Below the pieces are notes generated by a model. It searched no databases and was not told the DNA's origin. It saw only the letters and a program-made list of their open reading frames with translations. A DNA stretch of 64,000 bases from an uncultured bacterium. GTDB taxonomy: Bacteria > Patescibacteriota > Microgenomatia > UBA1400 > MFAQ01. A program made the translations under genes and the position numbers. Shown in pieces: positions 1 to 10,532 of the stretch. Location of the stretch: positions 99,301 through 163,300 of the forward strand of contig CAXBYW010000001.1 of the NCBI GenBank assembly GCA_963980225.1, in the 5' to 3' direction. The first letter of the stretch is position 1, and every line of letters begins with the position of its first letter.

Positions 1-233
1 ACTGGCCCAGACCACAAGGTTTAGCTGTGGCTGGAAAGACAGGTACCGCTCAGATACCTATTGATGGAAAATACGATCAAGAAAAAACAATTACCAGTTT
101 TATTGGCTATTTTCCTGCCCGTAATCCAACCTACACAATGCTAGTTACATTAACAGAGCCCACCACCTCTCCTTGGGGCTCCGAAACCGCTGCTCCATTA
201 TGGTTTAGGATCTTGAGCCAACTAATCCTCTAA
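1..233 (+). CDS. penicillin-binding protein (transpeptidase) C-terminal fragment; 5-prime end lies outside the window
   Basis: Translation contains a KTG motif (GKTGTAQ) typical of PBP transpeptidase domains. The frame is open from position 1 with a stop at 231-233. It sits at the head of a dcw-like cluster. Confidence 0.6.
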   Translation, partial: WPRPQGLAVAGKTGTAQIPIDGKYDQEKTITSFIGYFPARNPTYTMLVTLTEPTTSPWGSETAAPLWFRILSQLIL

Positions 234-250
234 GTGTTAAAATATACCTT

Positions 251-613
251 GTGTCAATAATAAAGAAACACACCATTTCCTTTAAATACGCATTAAGCGG
301 CATCGCCTATACCTTTAGAACCCAACCGAACTTCAAGATTCATACCTTAGCTGCCATTACAGCTATCGCCGCAAGTTTTATCCTAAACATCTCTCAGACA
401 GAAAAAATAGTCATCGTCTTTACAATCTCCTTAGTCCTAATAGCAGAAATGATAAATACATCGATAGAGTCCGTGGTCGATCTTTTAACAGATAAGTTCC
501 ACCAAGAGGCTAAGATCGCCAAAGACGTTTCTGCTGGCATGGTTTTACTCTCTGCCATTGCTTCTATTTTTATTGCCTTTATTATTTTTGGTAAGTACCT
601 TATTAATATTTAA
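251..613 (+). CDS. diacylglycerol kinase / undecaprenol kinase family membrane protein
   Basis: 120 aa with 3 predicted TM segments. It has DgkA-like motifs (AEMINTSIESVVDL) and a GTG start. Confidence 0.55.
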   Translation: MSIIKKHTISFKYALSGIAYTFRTQPNFKIHTLAAITAIAASFILNISQTEKIVIVFTISLVLIAEMINTSIESVVDLLTDKFHQEAKIAKDVSAGMVLLSAIASIFIAFIIFGKYLINI

Positions 614-622
614 AACTTAAAA

Positions 623-1648
623 GTGTCCCTACTCCTTGGAATACTAATTTTCTCTTTCGCTCTCCACTCGCTGGCTATTGTTCCTTTTATTAACTACCTT
701 TACAAACTAAAGTTTTATAAAAACAAGTCGGCTATACTAGCCAGCAAAAAAGACACTGCTTCAGAACACATTCGTTCAAAAGCAAAAACACCAGAAGGTG
801 GTGGCTTCTTGATTTTAGTCATGGTCAGTCTGCTTTTTGCTCTGATTATTCCTCTTCTTAAACTACTGGGTATAGAAATCACTCATGTCTACCCACTAAA
901 TGAAGAGATAAACGTCATCTTTTTTACCTTCATTACTTTTGGGCTACTGGGTCTGTATGACGACGTAGTTGGTTTCTTCGAGTTGGATAGGCAGAGAGGT
1001 TACTCAGGGTTACGCACTAGTTACAAGTTTATTATCCAGATAACCTTGGGTTTAATTATTGGAGTCCTACTTAATATAAATCTGGGTATAGACATAATCA
1101 ACGTTCCGTTTTTAGGTGTCATCTCTTTTGGTCACTGGTTCATTCCACTAGCTGCTTTTTTGGTAGTCGTTTTTGCCAACTCAGTTAACATAACCGACGG
1201 TCTCGATGGGTTAGCTGGGGGACTGTTGATGATATCCTTATTCGGTTTCTTGTTACTGTCAGCTTCGATTCTAGACATACCTCTTTCCATCTTTATCGCC
1301 CTCCTTCTGGGTGGTCTAATCTCCTTTCTCTACTTTAACGTCTTTCCTGCTCGTATCTTCATGGGTGACGTTGGCGCTCTAGCTTTTGGTGCCACCTTCG
1401 CTACGGTCGGGCTGCTAACCGGTAAGATTTTTGCTTTAATCGTGGTCGGGTCTCCATTTTTGATAAATGGCTTTTCTAGTGTCCTGCAAATAGCTTGGGT
1501 CAAAATGTTTGGTAAACGAATTCTTCCCATAGCTCCAATCCACTACTGGCTGCTAAAAAAAGGCTGGACAGAACCAAAGATTGTCCAAAGGGCTTGGTTG
1601 ACCAGCATAATGCTAGTTATCGTCGGTCTCTGGCTCGCTTTAAGTTAA
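623..1648 (+). CDS. mraY: phospho-N-acetylmuramoyl-pentapeptide transferase
   Basis: Polytopic membrane protein carrying the MraY signature NSVNITDGLDGLAGG. It lies in dcw context between PBP and ftsW. Confidence 0.9.
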   Translation: MSLLLGILIFSFALHSLAIVPFINYLYKLKFYKNKSAILASKKDTASEHIRSKAKTPEGGGFLILVMVSLLFALIIPLLKLLGIEITHVYPLNEEINVIFFTFITFGLLGLYDDVVGFFELDRQRGYSGLRTSYKFIIQITLGLIIGVLLNINLGIDIINVPFLGVISFGHWFIPLAAFLVVVFANSVNITDGLDGLAGGLLMISLFGFLLLSASILDIPLSIFIALLLGGLISFLYFNVFPARIFMGDVGALAFGATFATVGLLTGKIFALIVVGSPFLINGFSSVLQIAWVKMFGKRILPIAPIHYWLLKKGWTEPKIVQRAWLTSIMLVIVGLWLALS

Positions 1649-1710
1649 CCTATATAGTATAATAAAGACATCTTACTAAGCTTACAGTACGTTGATATAC
1701 GGAGGTGACA

Positions 1711-2163
1711 ATGGGAGCTATAACAGGCGAAGGGGATTTTGTTTATTTAGGCGAACTCGCACAAGATAGAGCACTTGAAGCTATGCTCAAGAAAGCAGAA
1801 GAAATTGGCTTGGATAAAGGTGTGGCTTTTATCGTAGTCCAAAAGAAAGGCCAGCAGGTTCATAGGATTGCTTATACAGTGCTCGAGTTGGAGCGTGATC
1901 CTAATCTTGATAAAGCTGGAGACATTGGGAGAAACTACTTCGGCACAGTTATGTTAAAGCTAGCACAAATGCTAGCAACCTACGAAAATAGTGGTCCTTC
2001 GGATGATAGGCCTTTGAAAGCTGGTGAGGTTGACTACGAAGGTGGAATCGTGTTTGAACCAGACGATGATCATATAGTCTTGATTGGCTACAGTGGTGGT
2101 ACCGAAGAGGAGGATGTTGATATATCCTTGATCGGAAAAACCAAATTATTAAAACCTCTATGA
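1711..2163 (+). CDS. GlcG/HbpS-like (DUF336) family protein, putative
   Basis: 150 aa. C-terminal motif IVLIGYSGGTEEEDVDIS resembles the GlcG/DUF336 G-x-IGVSGG-x-DE signature. Canonical SD GGAGGTG sits 6 nt upstream of the ATG. Codon usage (GAA/GAG/GGC rich) differs from neighbours. It occupies the slot where murD normally sits. Confidence 0.35.
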   Translation: MGAITGEGDFVYLGELAQDRALEAMLKKAEEIGLDKGVAFIVVQKKGQQVHRIAYTVLELERDPNLDKAGDIGRNYFGTVMLKLAQMLATYENSGPSDDRPLKAGEVDYEGGIVFEPDDDHIVLIGYSGGTEEEDVDISLIGKTKLLKPL

Positions 2164-2338
2164 TCAGTTTTTAATCTCTCTTTTTTGAGTCAGGTAATGT
2201 CTTTTTTCAATAGACAAAACCTGGCTCTTTTTTTATCAGTAACCCACTAGTTGTTGTGATATATTGATCATATGACCGTGAAAAAAGAGAATCGAATTAG
2301 GCTCAAAAAAGTAATGTTAGCTGTAATATAACTCCCCA

Positions 2339-3409
2339 GTGTCAAGATCCAACACAAACCTCTCTGCTCGTATCTTTCTCTTAGGTTTGGGTATCTCACT
2401 TATCGGCTTAGTGGCAATCTATAACTCTTCGGCCATAGAAGGTTTTACAGATTTTCAAAATAAGTACCACTTTGTCAAAAACCAGTTAATCTGGTTAGTT
2501 TTAGGGATCACTCTATTTTTCATAATACAAAACATAAGTCTAGGTTTAATAAAAAAAATTACTCCAGCCCTGTTTTTTACCTCCCTATTTCTCATGCTCT
2601 TGGTTCTAATTCCAGGTGTCGGTAGCAAGCTTCAAGGAGCTAGAAGATGGTTGAGTTTAGGGCCAATCGGTATACAACCTTCTGAAATTTTTAAACTGTC
2701 AATTATCATGTATTTAGCCTCATGGTTGGAGAAACCGAAAGCGTTAAAAGCATTCCTTTTTCTTATTCTTTCTAGTCTTACTTTGGTCATGCTCCAGCCA
2801 GATTTGGGTACGGCCGCCGTTATCGTAACTTCTGCCTTTTCTCTCTACTACCTGTCTGGTGCCAATCTCAAGGATCTGTCTTACTTTTTTGTCTTACTTT
2901 CCACCTTAGTAGCAATGTTAATTTTTGCATCTCCCTACCGTCTTTTAAGACTAAAGACCTTTTTAGATCCTACCCAAGATCCACTGGGTTCCTCATACCA
3001 CATTAACCAGGTTCTAATCGGCTTGGGGTCTGGCGGCCTATCTGGTATGGGTTTGGGTAAATCTAGGCAAAAATATGCCTATCTCCCAGAATCTACGACA
3101 GATTCCATATTTGTGGTGATAGGGGAGGAGCTGGGCTTCATTGGTGGTGCAGTCTTAGTGGGCTTATTCACGGCCTTCATCCTTTCCGCATTTAATATTG
3201 CTCAACGTGCCACCACACACTACCACCGGCTACTCTCCTCAGGCTTAACTTTGTTGCTCCTGACCCAAATTTTTGTTAACCTTGGTGCTATGGTGGCTTT
3301 ACTTCCTTTGACGGGAATGCCCCTACCATTCATTTCTTATGGTGGGTCTTCCTTGATCACCACGTACATATCTTTAGGATTACTAGCAAACATAGCTAAA
3401 AACAAATGA
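2339..3409 (+). CDS. ftsW: SEDS-family peptidoglycan glycosyltransferase, FtsW-like
   Basis: 356 aa 10-TM protein with FtsW/RodA conserved C-terminal region (LPLTGMPLPFISYGGSS). It lies between mraY and murG. Confidence 0.8.
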   Translation: MSRSNTNLSARIFLLGLGISLIGLVAIYNSSAIEGFTDFQNKYHFVKNQLIWLVLGITLFFIIQNISLGLIKKITPALFFTSLFLMLLVLIPGVGSKLQGARRWLSLGPIGIQPSEIFKLSIIMYLASWLEKPKALKAFLFLILSSLTLVMLQPDLGTAAVIVTSAFSLYYLSGANLKDLSYFFVLLSTLVAMLIFASPYRLLRLKTFLDPTQDPLGSSYHINQVLIGLGSGGLSGMGLGKSRQKYAYLPESTTDSIFVVIGEELGFIGGAVLVGLFTAFILSAFNIAQRATTHYHRLLSSGLTLLLLTQIFVNLGAMVALLPLTGMPLPFISYGGSSLITTYISLGLLANIAKNK

Positions 3410-4479
3410 AAAAGAAAAAAATTATCTTTACCGGTGGCCATCACAACTCAGGCTTAGAAGTGGCCTTACTGGCCAAAAAAAATGGCTACGAGGTAGTCTG
3501 GGTAGGCCATAAATTCACTAGCAGAGGAGACAAAAGCCTATCAGCCGAATACAAAGAGATAACTAAAAATGATATTGAATTTCTAGAGTTAAAGACAGGT
3601 AGGGTTTACAAACAAAGTAACCCCCTAGAGTACTTAAAGGTTCTCTTGGGCTTTATCCAAGCTTTCTCCTATCTTTTAATGCACAAACCATCCTTGATTT
3701 TTTCTTCTGGTGGATTTATTGCCGTGCCAGTAGTTATTACCGGCTGGTTCTTCGGTATTCCTACCATCACCCATGAACAGACCGTGACTGCTGGTTGGGC
3801 TAACCGAGCGCTGTCTCCATTTGTTAAAAAAATCCTCCTTACTCATCAGTCTTCCAAAAAAAACTTCCCCAGCAAAAAAACAATCGTAGTGGGGCTACCT
3901 CTTAAGAAAAAACTACTAGACAGGGCTCCAAAGGTTCAGTTCAAACCCAAGCTTCTTTATATAACTTGTGGTAAGCAAGGCTCACATATTATTAACTCCA
4001 GCATCTTTCCTCTGATTCCCGAGTTAGTCAAAAAATACACAGTCGTCCATCAAACAGGAGCTAATACAAAGACTCAAGATATCAGTAAAGCCAGGAGAGT
4101 AAAAAAATCACTAGGCAAATACGCAAGTCGCTATATTCATGCACCATACTTTTTTGCCAACGAAGCTGCCAACTACTTAAGGTCCGCCCACTTGGTTATA
4201 AGTAGGGCAGGAGCCCACACCACTTACGAACTTTGCCTACTTGGTAAAAGAGCAATATTTATTCCCATCCCCTGGGTCTCTCATAATGAACAGTTTCTAA
4301 ATGCCGACCTAGCCATTAAGACTATCACCGGATCAATTATCCAGGAAAAAGATTTAAGTCCCAAAACAATGATGAAAACTATCAAGAAGATTGACAAGAA
4401 AAAACTAAAACCTGTTTCTAAAACCTTGATTACCGATGCTACTCAAAGAATAATAAAGATAATCAACCAGACAGTCTAA
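3406..4479 (+). CDS. murG: undecaprenyldiphospho-muramoylpentapeptide beta-N-acetylglucosaminyltransferase
   Basis: N-terminal IFTGGHHNSGLEVA glycine-rich loop and a C-terminal GT28 domain. It is translationally coupled to ftsW with a 4-bp overlap. Confidence 0.8.
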   Translation: MKKKKIIFTGGHHNSGLEVALLAKKNGYEVVWVGHKFTSRGDKSLSAEYKEITKNDIEFLELKTGRVYKQSNPLEYLKVLLGFIQAFSYLLMHKPSLIFSSGGFIAVPVVITGWFFGIPTITHEQTVTAGWANRALSPFVKKILLTHQSSKKNFPSKKTIVVGLPLKKKLLDRAPKVQFKPKLLYITCGKQGSHIINSSIFPLIPELVKKYTVVHQTGANTKTQDISKARRVKKSLGKYASRYIHAPYFFANEAANYLRSAHLVISRAGAHTTYELCLLGKRAIFIPIPWVSHNEQFLNADLAIKTITGSIIQEKDLSPKTMMKTIKKIDKKKLKPVSKTLITDATQRIIKIINQTV

Positions 4480-5102
4480 TGGGTTTTAAAAAAAGGACAA
4501 CCCGCCGTCATGGACAAAAAATCCAAAAACTGAAACAGGTGGCCATAGCTTCCATATTCATAATTCTCGCTTTACTAATCAATCAGTTAATCATTAAGTT
4601 CGATCTGTTTAAAAAACCAACTAAGGAAGTTGCCCAGACCCAACCGTTATCAATCTTGGTATATCTAAACTACCTAGAACCCACACTGTCCTTAAGTAGC
4701 TCACAGTCAGCTAGTTTAAGGTCTCCGGTCTTAGAGTTAGACAACTTTACTAGCTCCTTGTCTGCTCAAACATACAACTTGTTTCCAAATGGAGATCTGA
4801 TCCCCGGCGAAGATAACTCTACTAGTATAAAGCTGCTTTTTAGTGAAAAACCTCTTCAACAAAAACTAAAACAAATCTTTATACTGATTACCAGCGTTAA
4901 CCGCGCCTTACCAATAACCAAAGGGTATTTACTAAAAGATAGCTTGTATATCGCCACATCAAACTTACCAGACATTATAATGAAGTCAGACTACAAAGAA
5001 GAAGAACTATCAAAAGCTTTACAAGTGATCCCCTCACTAGCTAAAATCAAAGATAATACAAAAATAATAGATCTAAGATTCAATAATCCAACCATTCGAT
5101 AA
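4479..5102 (+). CDS. FtsQ/DivIB-like cell division protein (putative)
   Basis: Basic N-terminus plus a single TM followed by a periplasmic domain. Its position between murG and ftsA is the conserved place of ftsQ. Confidence 0.4.
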   Translation: MGFKKRTTRRHGQKIQKLKQVAIASIFIILALLINQLIIKFDLFKKPTKEVAQTQPLSILVYLNYLEPTLSLSSSQSASLRSPVLELDNFTSSLSAQTYNLFPNGDLIPGEDNSTSIKLLFSEKPLQQKLKQIFILITSVNRALPITKGYLLKDSLYIATSNLPDIIMKSDYKEEELSKALQVIPSLAKIKDNTKIIDLRFNNPTIR

Positions 5103-5104
5103 TA

Positions 5105-6379
5105 ATGACAAAAACAACGGGAGTAAACGCAATAGACATAGGAACAAGTAAGGTTACCTGTCTTATTACCAAACCCTCAACTGACTCAGAAAAAATCAAC
5201 GTAGTTGGCGTCGCCACCCTACCAAGTAGGGGAATGGGTAGAAGTAGAAACAATGCCGGTACAATTGTAAATATAGAAGAAGTTGCCGGTTCTATTACCG
5301 ACTGTGTCGAATCAGCTGAGCGAATGGCTGGTTTCAACATCAACTCTGCTCAGGTTTCCATATCCGGATCTCTAATAAAGTCCCAAAATAGCCAGGGAGT
5401 AGTTGCCGTCACCGAACCAGAGGGAGAGATTTCATCAGAGGATATATATAGAGCCATAGAAGCCGCCAGGGCAGTATCATTACCTTCTTCTCGTGAGATT
5501 ATGCACGTCTTGCCTCGTGAGTTCTCAGTAGACTCTCAAAAAGGTATAAAAGACCCCATCGGTATGTCTGGTATTAGGCTAGAAACAGAAGCTCACATCA
5601 TTACCGGTTCGACTACCGCCATCAAAAACACCACCAAAGTCATTAGCGAGATCGGTATCAATGTTCAAAATACCGTTTTCTCTGGTTTAGCATCTGCCCT
5701 GTCCACTCTTACTGACACAGAAAAAGAGCTAGGAGTTGTCTCTGTCGATATCGGAGCTGGTGTCACCAATGTAACCATCTTTGTCGACTCTGCTTGCAGC
5801 TACTCCAGCGTCATTCCTCTAGGAGCAAGAAAGATCACTGACGATATAGCCTTGGGTCTAATGGTCAGTCTAGACAGTGCCGAGAAAATAAAGCACCACA
5901 TATCTGTCTCAAAGAAAGATCTTGGGGAAAAAGACGAAATCAACCTAGCCAAGATAGGTGTCAAAGAGGAAATAAGGAATGTTTCCAGAAAAACACTATC
6001 AGAAGGCATTATTAGACCTAGACTAAATGAGATATTCACCTTAGTAGGAGGGGTAATTAGAAAATCTGGTTTTGCTGGTCAAGCCCCATCGGGAATTGTT
6101 CTTTCTGGTGGAGGTTCTCTAACTATCGGTGCCACAGAGTCATGTAAGCGTGTCCTACAACTACCTACCCGCTTAAGTACTCCAGTCGGCCTATCAGGTC
6201 TAACAGAAGAAATAGACTCTCCAGAATACGCTACAGCAGTCGGTCTAGTTCTTTATGGCTATCAACACAACGACTCATCCATTCCTACTAGCTTTAAAAT
6301 AGACAATGTCCTAAAAAAACTTCCTTTCAAAGAAATATCTAAAAAAGCTACAGACTTCTTTAAATCTCTCATGCCCTAG
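5105..6379 (+). CDS. ftsA: cell division protein FtsA
   Basis: Actin-like ATPase with N-terminal AIDIGTSKV phosphate-1 motif. It lies immediately upstream of ftsZ. Confidence 0.9.
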   Translation: MTKTTGVNAIDIGTSKVTCLITKPSTDSEKINVVGVATLPSRGMGRSRNNAGTIVNIEEVAGSITDCVESAERMAGFNINSAQVSISGSLIKSQNSQGVVAVTEPEGEISSEDIYRAIEAARAVSLPSSREIMHVLPREFSVDSQKGIKDPIGMSGIRLETEAHIITGSTTAIKNTTKVISEIGINVQNTVFSGLASALSTLTDTEKELGVVSVDIGAGVTNVTIFVDSACSYSSVIPLGARKITDDIALGLMVSLDSAEKIKHHISVSKKDLGEKDEINLAKIGVKEEIRNVSRKTLSEGIIRPRLNEIFTLVGGVIRKSGFAGQAPSGIVLSGGGSLTIGATESCKRVLQLPTRLSTPVGLSGLTEEIDSPEYATAVGLVLYGYQHNDSSIPTSFKIDNVLKKLPFKEISKKATDFFKSLMP

Positions 6380-6414
6380 TTGTCTTTTGTTTTAATATCT
6401 TGTAATATCCACTC

Positions 6415-7569
6415 ATGGCATTAGTTAGACCGGACATTAATTCATTCGCAAAAATCAAAGTTCTCGGTGTTGGTGGGGGTGGTAATAACGCAGTCAACTA
6501 CATGGTCACCGATGGTGAAATAAAAGGAGTAGAGTTCATTGCCATAAACACAGACATGCAGGCCTTACTAGCAAGTAACGCCGACATAAAGTTGCAAATT
6601 GGAGAAAAACTAACCAAAGGTTTGGGTTCTGGTTCTAATCCAGACATAGGTCAAGCTGCTGCTGAAGAATCAACCGAGAAAATCAAAAACCTTCTTACTG
6701 GTACAGACATGGTCTTCATTACTTGCGGAGAAGGTGGCGGAACAGGAACAGGAGCTGCCCCCGTTATTGCTAAAATTGCTAGAGACACAGGTGCCCTAAC
6801 AGTGGCTGTAGTCACCAAACCATTTCCTTTCGAAGGCGCTAGGCGTATGGTCAACGCAGAAGAAGGAGTCGACTCCTTAAAAGATTCAGTAGACACCTTA
6901 ATCGTAATCCCTAATGAAAAATTACTAGAAGTGGCTAAAAAAGATCTTCCTCTTACAGAAGCTTTCCATGTTGCCGACTCTGTCTTGGCTCAAGGTGTTC
7001 AAAGTATCTCAGACTTAATTACCATCCCTGGTTTAATAAACGTAGACTTTGCTGACGTCAAAGCCATCATGCTTAACGCAGGTACTGCTCTGATGGGTAT
7101 CGGTACTGCTTCAGGGGATAATAGGGCTCAAAAAGCCGCAGAGGAAGCAATCAACTCACCTTTGCTTGAAGTAAACATAGAGGGCGCTAGAGGCATACTC
7201 TTCAACATTACCGGTAGTAACGACCTGACCATGGGAGAGGTCAACAAAGCTGCCAACATCATAACTTCAGCTGCTGATCCAGATGCCAACATAATCTTTG
7301 GTGCCACAATCAACAAAGACATGAAAGACAGTGTAAAGATCTCTGTTATCGCCACTGGTTTTGATCAGTCAAGGAAAAGACTCCAAGACATCATGGGTCA
7401 GATAAATCAGCCGCCAAAAGAACTGGAAACAACTGAAGAATCAAAGAACAAAAAACCAGAGACAGAAACAACAATAAAAAGCTCTAAAGTAAACAAAATG
7501 GAAATAGAACATAGTGAGGTAGTTATAGAGGATGACCTGGACATTCCTGCCTTTCTCCGTAATAAATAA
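6415..7569 (+). CDS. ftsZ: cell division GTPase FtsZ
   Basis: Tubulin signature GGGTGTG ([16 protein letters not shown]). N-terminal [11 protein letters not shown] is present. Confidence 0.95.
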   Translation: MALVRPDINSFAKIKVLGVGGGGNNAVNYMVTDGEIKGVEFIAINTDMQALLASNADIKLQIGEKLTKGLGSGSNPDIGQAAAEESTEKIKNLLTGTDMVFITCGEGGGTGTGAAPVIAKIARDTGALTVAVVTKPFPFEGARRMVNAEEGVDSLKDSVDTLIVIPNEKLLEVAKKDLPLTEAFHVADSVLAQGVQSISDLITIPGLINVDFADVKAIMLNAGTALMGIGTASGDNRAQKAAEEAINSPLLEVNIEGARGILFNITGSNDLTMGEVNKAANIITSAADPDANIIFGATINKDMKDSVKISVIATGFDQSRKRLQDIMGQINQPPKELETTEESKNKKPETETTIKSSKVNKMEIEHSEVVIEDDLDIPAFLRNK

Positions 7570-7613
7570 GCAAAACACCCATCTGGTCATAGATTTCTAG
7601 TAAAATTTAGAGA

Positions 7614-10532
7614 ATGGAAAGTAAATCACACAAGATAAAACCAGTCGACTCAAGACCAGACTTTGTAAAACTTGAAAAAGAACTGCTAGAAAAGTGGTAC
7701 AAAAATGGCGTCGTAGATAAATATCTAAAGAAGAATAATGCCAAAGAAAAAACGTTTTCTTTCATAGATGGGCCAATTACCGCCAACAATCCAATGGGTG
7801 TTCACCACGCCTGGGGACGTACATACAAAGACATGTGGCAACGTTACAAAAACATGCAGGGCTTTAAACAACGTTTTCAAAGTGGTTTTGACTGTCAAGG
7901 TCTCTGGGTAGAGGTAGAGGTCGAAAAAGACCTGGGTTTTAGGTTCAAAAAAGACATCGAGGATTACGGAATAGAAAAATTTGTTCAAAAATGTAAAGAC
8001 AGGGTAATGAAGTATTCTGCGATCCAAACAGATCAAAGTAAGCGCTTAGGTTACTTCATGGACTGGGACAACTCTTACTTCACCATGTCTAATGACAACA
8101 ACTACATGATCTGGAACTTCCTCAAGGTCTGTCACAAAAATGGTTGGTTGTATAAAGGTAATGACTCCGTTCCTTGGTGTCCCAGATGTCAAACGGCTAT
8201 TAGCCAACATGAAATATTAACAGAGGACTATAAAGAAGTTGTCCATGACTCAATTTACTTAAACTTCCCTTTACTGGACCATGATAATGAATACCTGCTT
8301 GTCTGGACCACAACTCCTTGGACTATTCCAGCTAATATAGCTGTTGCTGTTGATCCAAAAATAAAGTACGTCTTAGTTCAAAAAGGACCCAGTAGTTACT
8401 GGGTAGCCAAAGACTTAAAGGACAAGATTTTTGACACAGAAGATAAGGTGGTAAGAACAGTCTTGGGTCAGGAGTTAGTCGGTTTAAAATATAAAGGACC
8501 TTTTGACTCTTTACCAGCCGCTAAAAAAGTAGCCCAAGAAAACAAGGAAAAATTCCACACAGTAATAGCCACTGATCCTTTAATCATGCCAATCATCATG
8601 ACAGAGGGTACAGGTTTGGTTCACACTGCAGTTTCGGCTGGTACCGAGGACTTTAAATTGGGTAAAAAGTACGGTCTACCCATGATACCTGTGATTGCAG
8701 ATGACGCTAGCTACCTAGAAGGCCTAGGTTTCTTAACTGGTCAAAACGCCAAGAAACACCCCGAGCTGATCCTGGACTATCTAAAAGAGCAAGATGAAAA
8801 GGGAGACAACTGGGTATTCAAGATCTATCCATACAAGCACAGATACCCTGGTTGTTGGCGCTGTAAAAAAGAACTAGTCTGGAAAGTAACCGACGAGTGG
8901 TATATCGCCATGGACAAAGGTAAGCCAAGTCTTCGTCAACGAATGCAGGCTGTGACTAAGAAAACAAAGTGGATTCCCAAGTTCGGCTTAGATAGAGAGC
9001 TAGACTGGTTAACCAACATGCATGACTGGTTAATATCAAAGAAAAATAGGTACTGGGGTCTTTGTTTACCAATCTGGGAATGTGACTGTGGCAACTTTGA
9101 AGTAATTGGTGGAGAAAAAGAGTTAGAGAAAAAAGCAGTCAAAGGTTGGGATAAGTTTAAAGGACACACTCCCCACAAACCTTTTATGGATGAGATAAAA
9201 ATTAAGTGTAGTAAGTGTAGCAAGGTAATCTCACGAGTTGAGCCAGTAGGTAGTCCTTGGCTGGATGCCGGCATAGTTCCTTTTTCCACCTTAGTAGATC
9301 CAGACACGGGCAAACCAAGCTATACATCAGACCAGAAGTACTTTAAAAAGTGGTTCCCAGCAGACTTTATTACAGAGTCTTTCCCCGGTCAGTTCAAAAA
9401 CTGGTTCTACTCTTTAATTGCCATGAGTACTGTTTTAGAGGATAAAAATCCATTTGAAAATGTCTTGGGATTTGCCACCGCTCTAGCAGAAAATGGTAAA
9501 GAAATGCACAAGTCAGATGGCACTTCCATAGAATTCAATAAGGCAGCTGATGAAATAGGGGTAGACGTTATGCGCTGGCTTTATGCTAGACAAAACCCAG
9601 AAAGAAACTTACTTTTTGGATACAACAGCACCAACGAAGTTAAACGACAGTTCCATATGTTCTTGTGGAACTCTTATCGCTTTTTTGTTAACTACGCTGC
9701 TCTAGAAGACTGGAAGCCTAAAAAAGAACTGCTAAATCCAACTATTTTAGATAAATGGATATTGTCTCGCTTGGACCAAACAGTTCTTAAGGTAACTTCA
9801 AGTCTTGATAAATTTAATGCCCATTCTGGAACCAAAGCGATAGAAGAATTCACTAGTGATTTCTCTACCTGGTATATCCGTCGCAGTAGAGACCGTGTCG
9901 GTCCAGGTGCTTCAAAAGGCAAAGACAAAGAGGTTTGTTACCAAACATTCTTTACAGTACTGGAAACACTCTCAAGGCTTCTCATGCCTTACACACCATT
10001 CCTAGCAGATGCCATCTACACCAACCTCACTGGAAATGAGTCTGTTAACCTAGCTGACTGGCCTAAAAAACCAAAGTCCAAAGATATAAACAAGGAACTT
10101 TTAAACCAAATGGCTTTGGTTAGAAAAATCTGTGAGCAAGCACACGCCCAACGAAAAATAAATGAACTAGCAGTCAAGCAACCTTTAAGTAGTGTTACTG
10201 TAGAAATAAGTGACTCTCTTGCTTTAGAAGAAAATAAAGACTTCTTACAGTTAATTAAAGAAGAGATTAACGTAGAAAAAGTCATCTTTAAGAAAGGGGA
10301 GGCTCTGTCTGTAGAGCTAGATACGGAGCTAACCGCAGATCTAGTTAAAAAACGTCAAACTAGAGAGGTGATAAGGTTAATTCAACAAAAACGAAAAGAC
10401 GCAGGCTGCAAACTAGATGAAATAGTGGACGTAACCTTACCAAGCTGGCCAAAAGAGTATGAAGACGTAATTAAAGCAAAGACTTTGGTAGGTAAAATTA
10501 CCAAGGGTAAAGAAGTTACTATAAAAAAATAA
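7614..10532 (+). CDS. ileS: isoleucyl-tRNA synthetase (type 2, archaeal/eukaryote-like)
   Basis: Class I aaRS with a HIGH-type motif (HHAWGRT) and KMSKS-like EMHKSDG. Zn-finger CPRC and the editing domain match the IleRS architecture. Confidence 0.85.
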   Translation: MESKSHKIKPVDSRPDFVKLEKELLEKWYKNGVVDKYLKKNNAKEKTFSFIDGPITANNPMGVHHAWGRTYKDMWQRYKNMQGFKQRFQSGFDCQGLWVEVEVEKDLGFRFKKDIEDYGIEKFVQKCKDRVMKYSAIQTDQSKRLGYFMDWDNSYFTMSNDNNYMIWNFLKVCHKNGWLYKGNDSVPWCPRCQTAISQHEILTEDYKEVVHDSIYLNFPLLDHDNEYLLVWTTTPWTIPANIAVAVDPKIKYVLVQKGPSSYWVAKDLKDKIFDTEDKVVRTVLGQELVGLKYKGPFDSLPAAKKVAQENKEKFHTVIATDPLIMPIIMTEGTGLVHTAVSAGTEDFKLGKKYGLPMIPVIADDASYLEGLGFLTGQNAKKHPELILDYLKEQDEKGDNWVFKIYPYKHRYPGCWRCKKELVWKVTDEWYIAMDKGKPSLRQRMQAVTKKTKWIPKFGLDRELDWLTNMHDWLISKKNRYWGLCLPIWECDCGNFEVIGGEKELEKKAVKGWDKFKGHTPHKPFMDEIKIKCSKCSKVISRVEPVGSPWLDAGIVPFSTLVDPDTGKPSYTSDQKYFKKWFPADFITESFPGQFKNWFYSLIAMSTVLEDKNPFENVLGFATALAENGKEMHKSDGTSIEFNKAADEIGVDVMRWLYARQNPERNLLFGYNSTNEVKRQFHMFLWNSYRFFVNYAALEDWKPKKELLNPTILDKWILSRLDQTVLKVTSSLDKFNAHSGTKAIEEFTSDFSTWYIRRSRDRVGPGASKGKDKEVCYQTFFTVLETLSRLLMPYTPFLADAIYTNLTGNESVNLADWPKKPKSKDINKELLNQMALVRKICEQAHAQRKINELAVKQPLSSVTVEISDSLALEENKDFLQLIKEEINVEKVIFKKGEALSVELDTELTADLVKKRQTREVIRLIQQKRKDAGCKLDEIVDVTLPSWPKEYEDVIKAKTLVGKITKGKEVTIKK

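Noticed and set aside
1330-1530. Short ORFs antisense to strongly supported genes. Examples: 1330-1530, 5080-5343, 5800-6039, 6651-6896, 7128-7355, 7607-8036, 8936-9313, 9692-10285, 10855-11076, 11686-11883 and 12256-12489 inside the transposase; 15320-16090 inside parB; 18464-18711; 19008-19424; 22219-23057; 26695-27195; 32331-32600; 33001-33546; 34385-35256; 35998-36264; 37718-39923 inside dnaE; 41429-41620; 42405-42623; 43060-43434; 43636-43830; 44336-44771; 45007-45198; 45489-45689; 46616-46816; 49518-49721; 50334-50711; 51679-51897; 53122-54861 inside ppsA; 55991-56209; 56603-56839; 57151-57768 opposite lexA; 57892-58295; 58721-59309; 59343-59861; 60529-60759; 63026-63736 inside uvrB.
   Set aside because: Each lies on the opposite strand of, or is out of frame within, a gene with clear conserved-motif support. 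Their products are low-complexity Ser/Leu/Pro-rich, as expected from antisense reading of AT-rich coding DNA.
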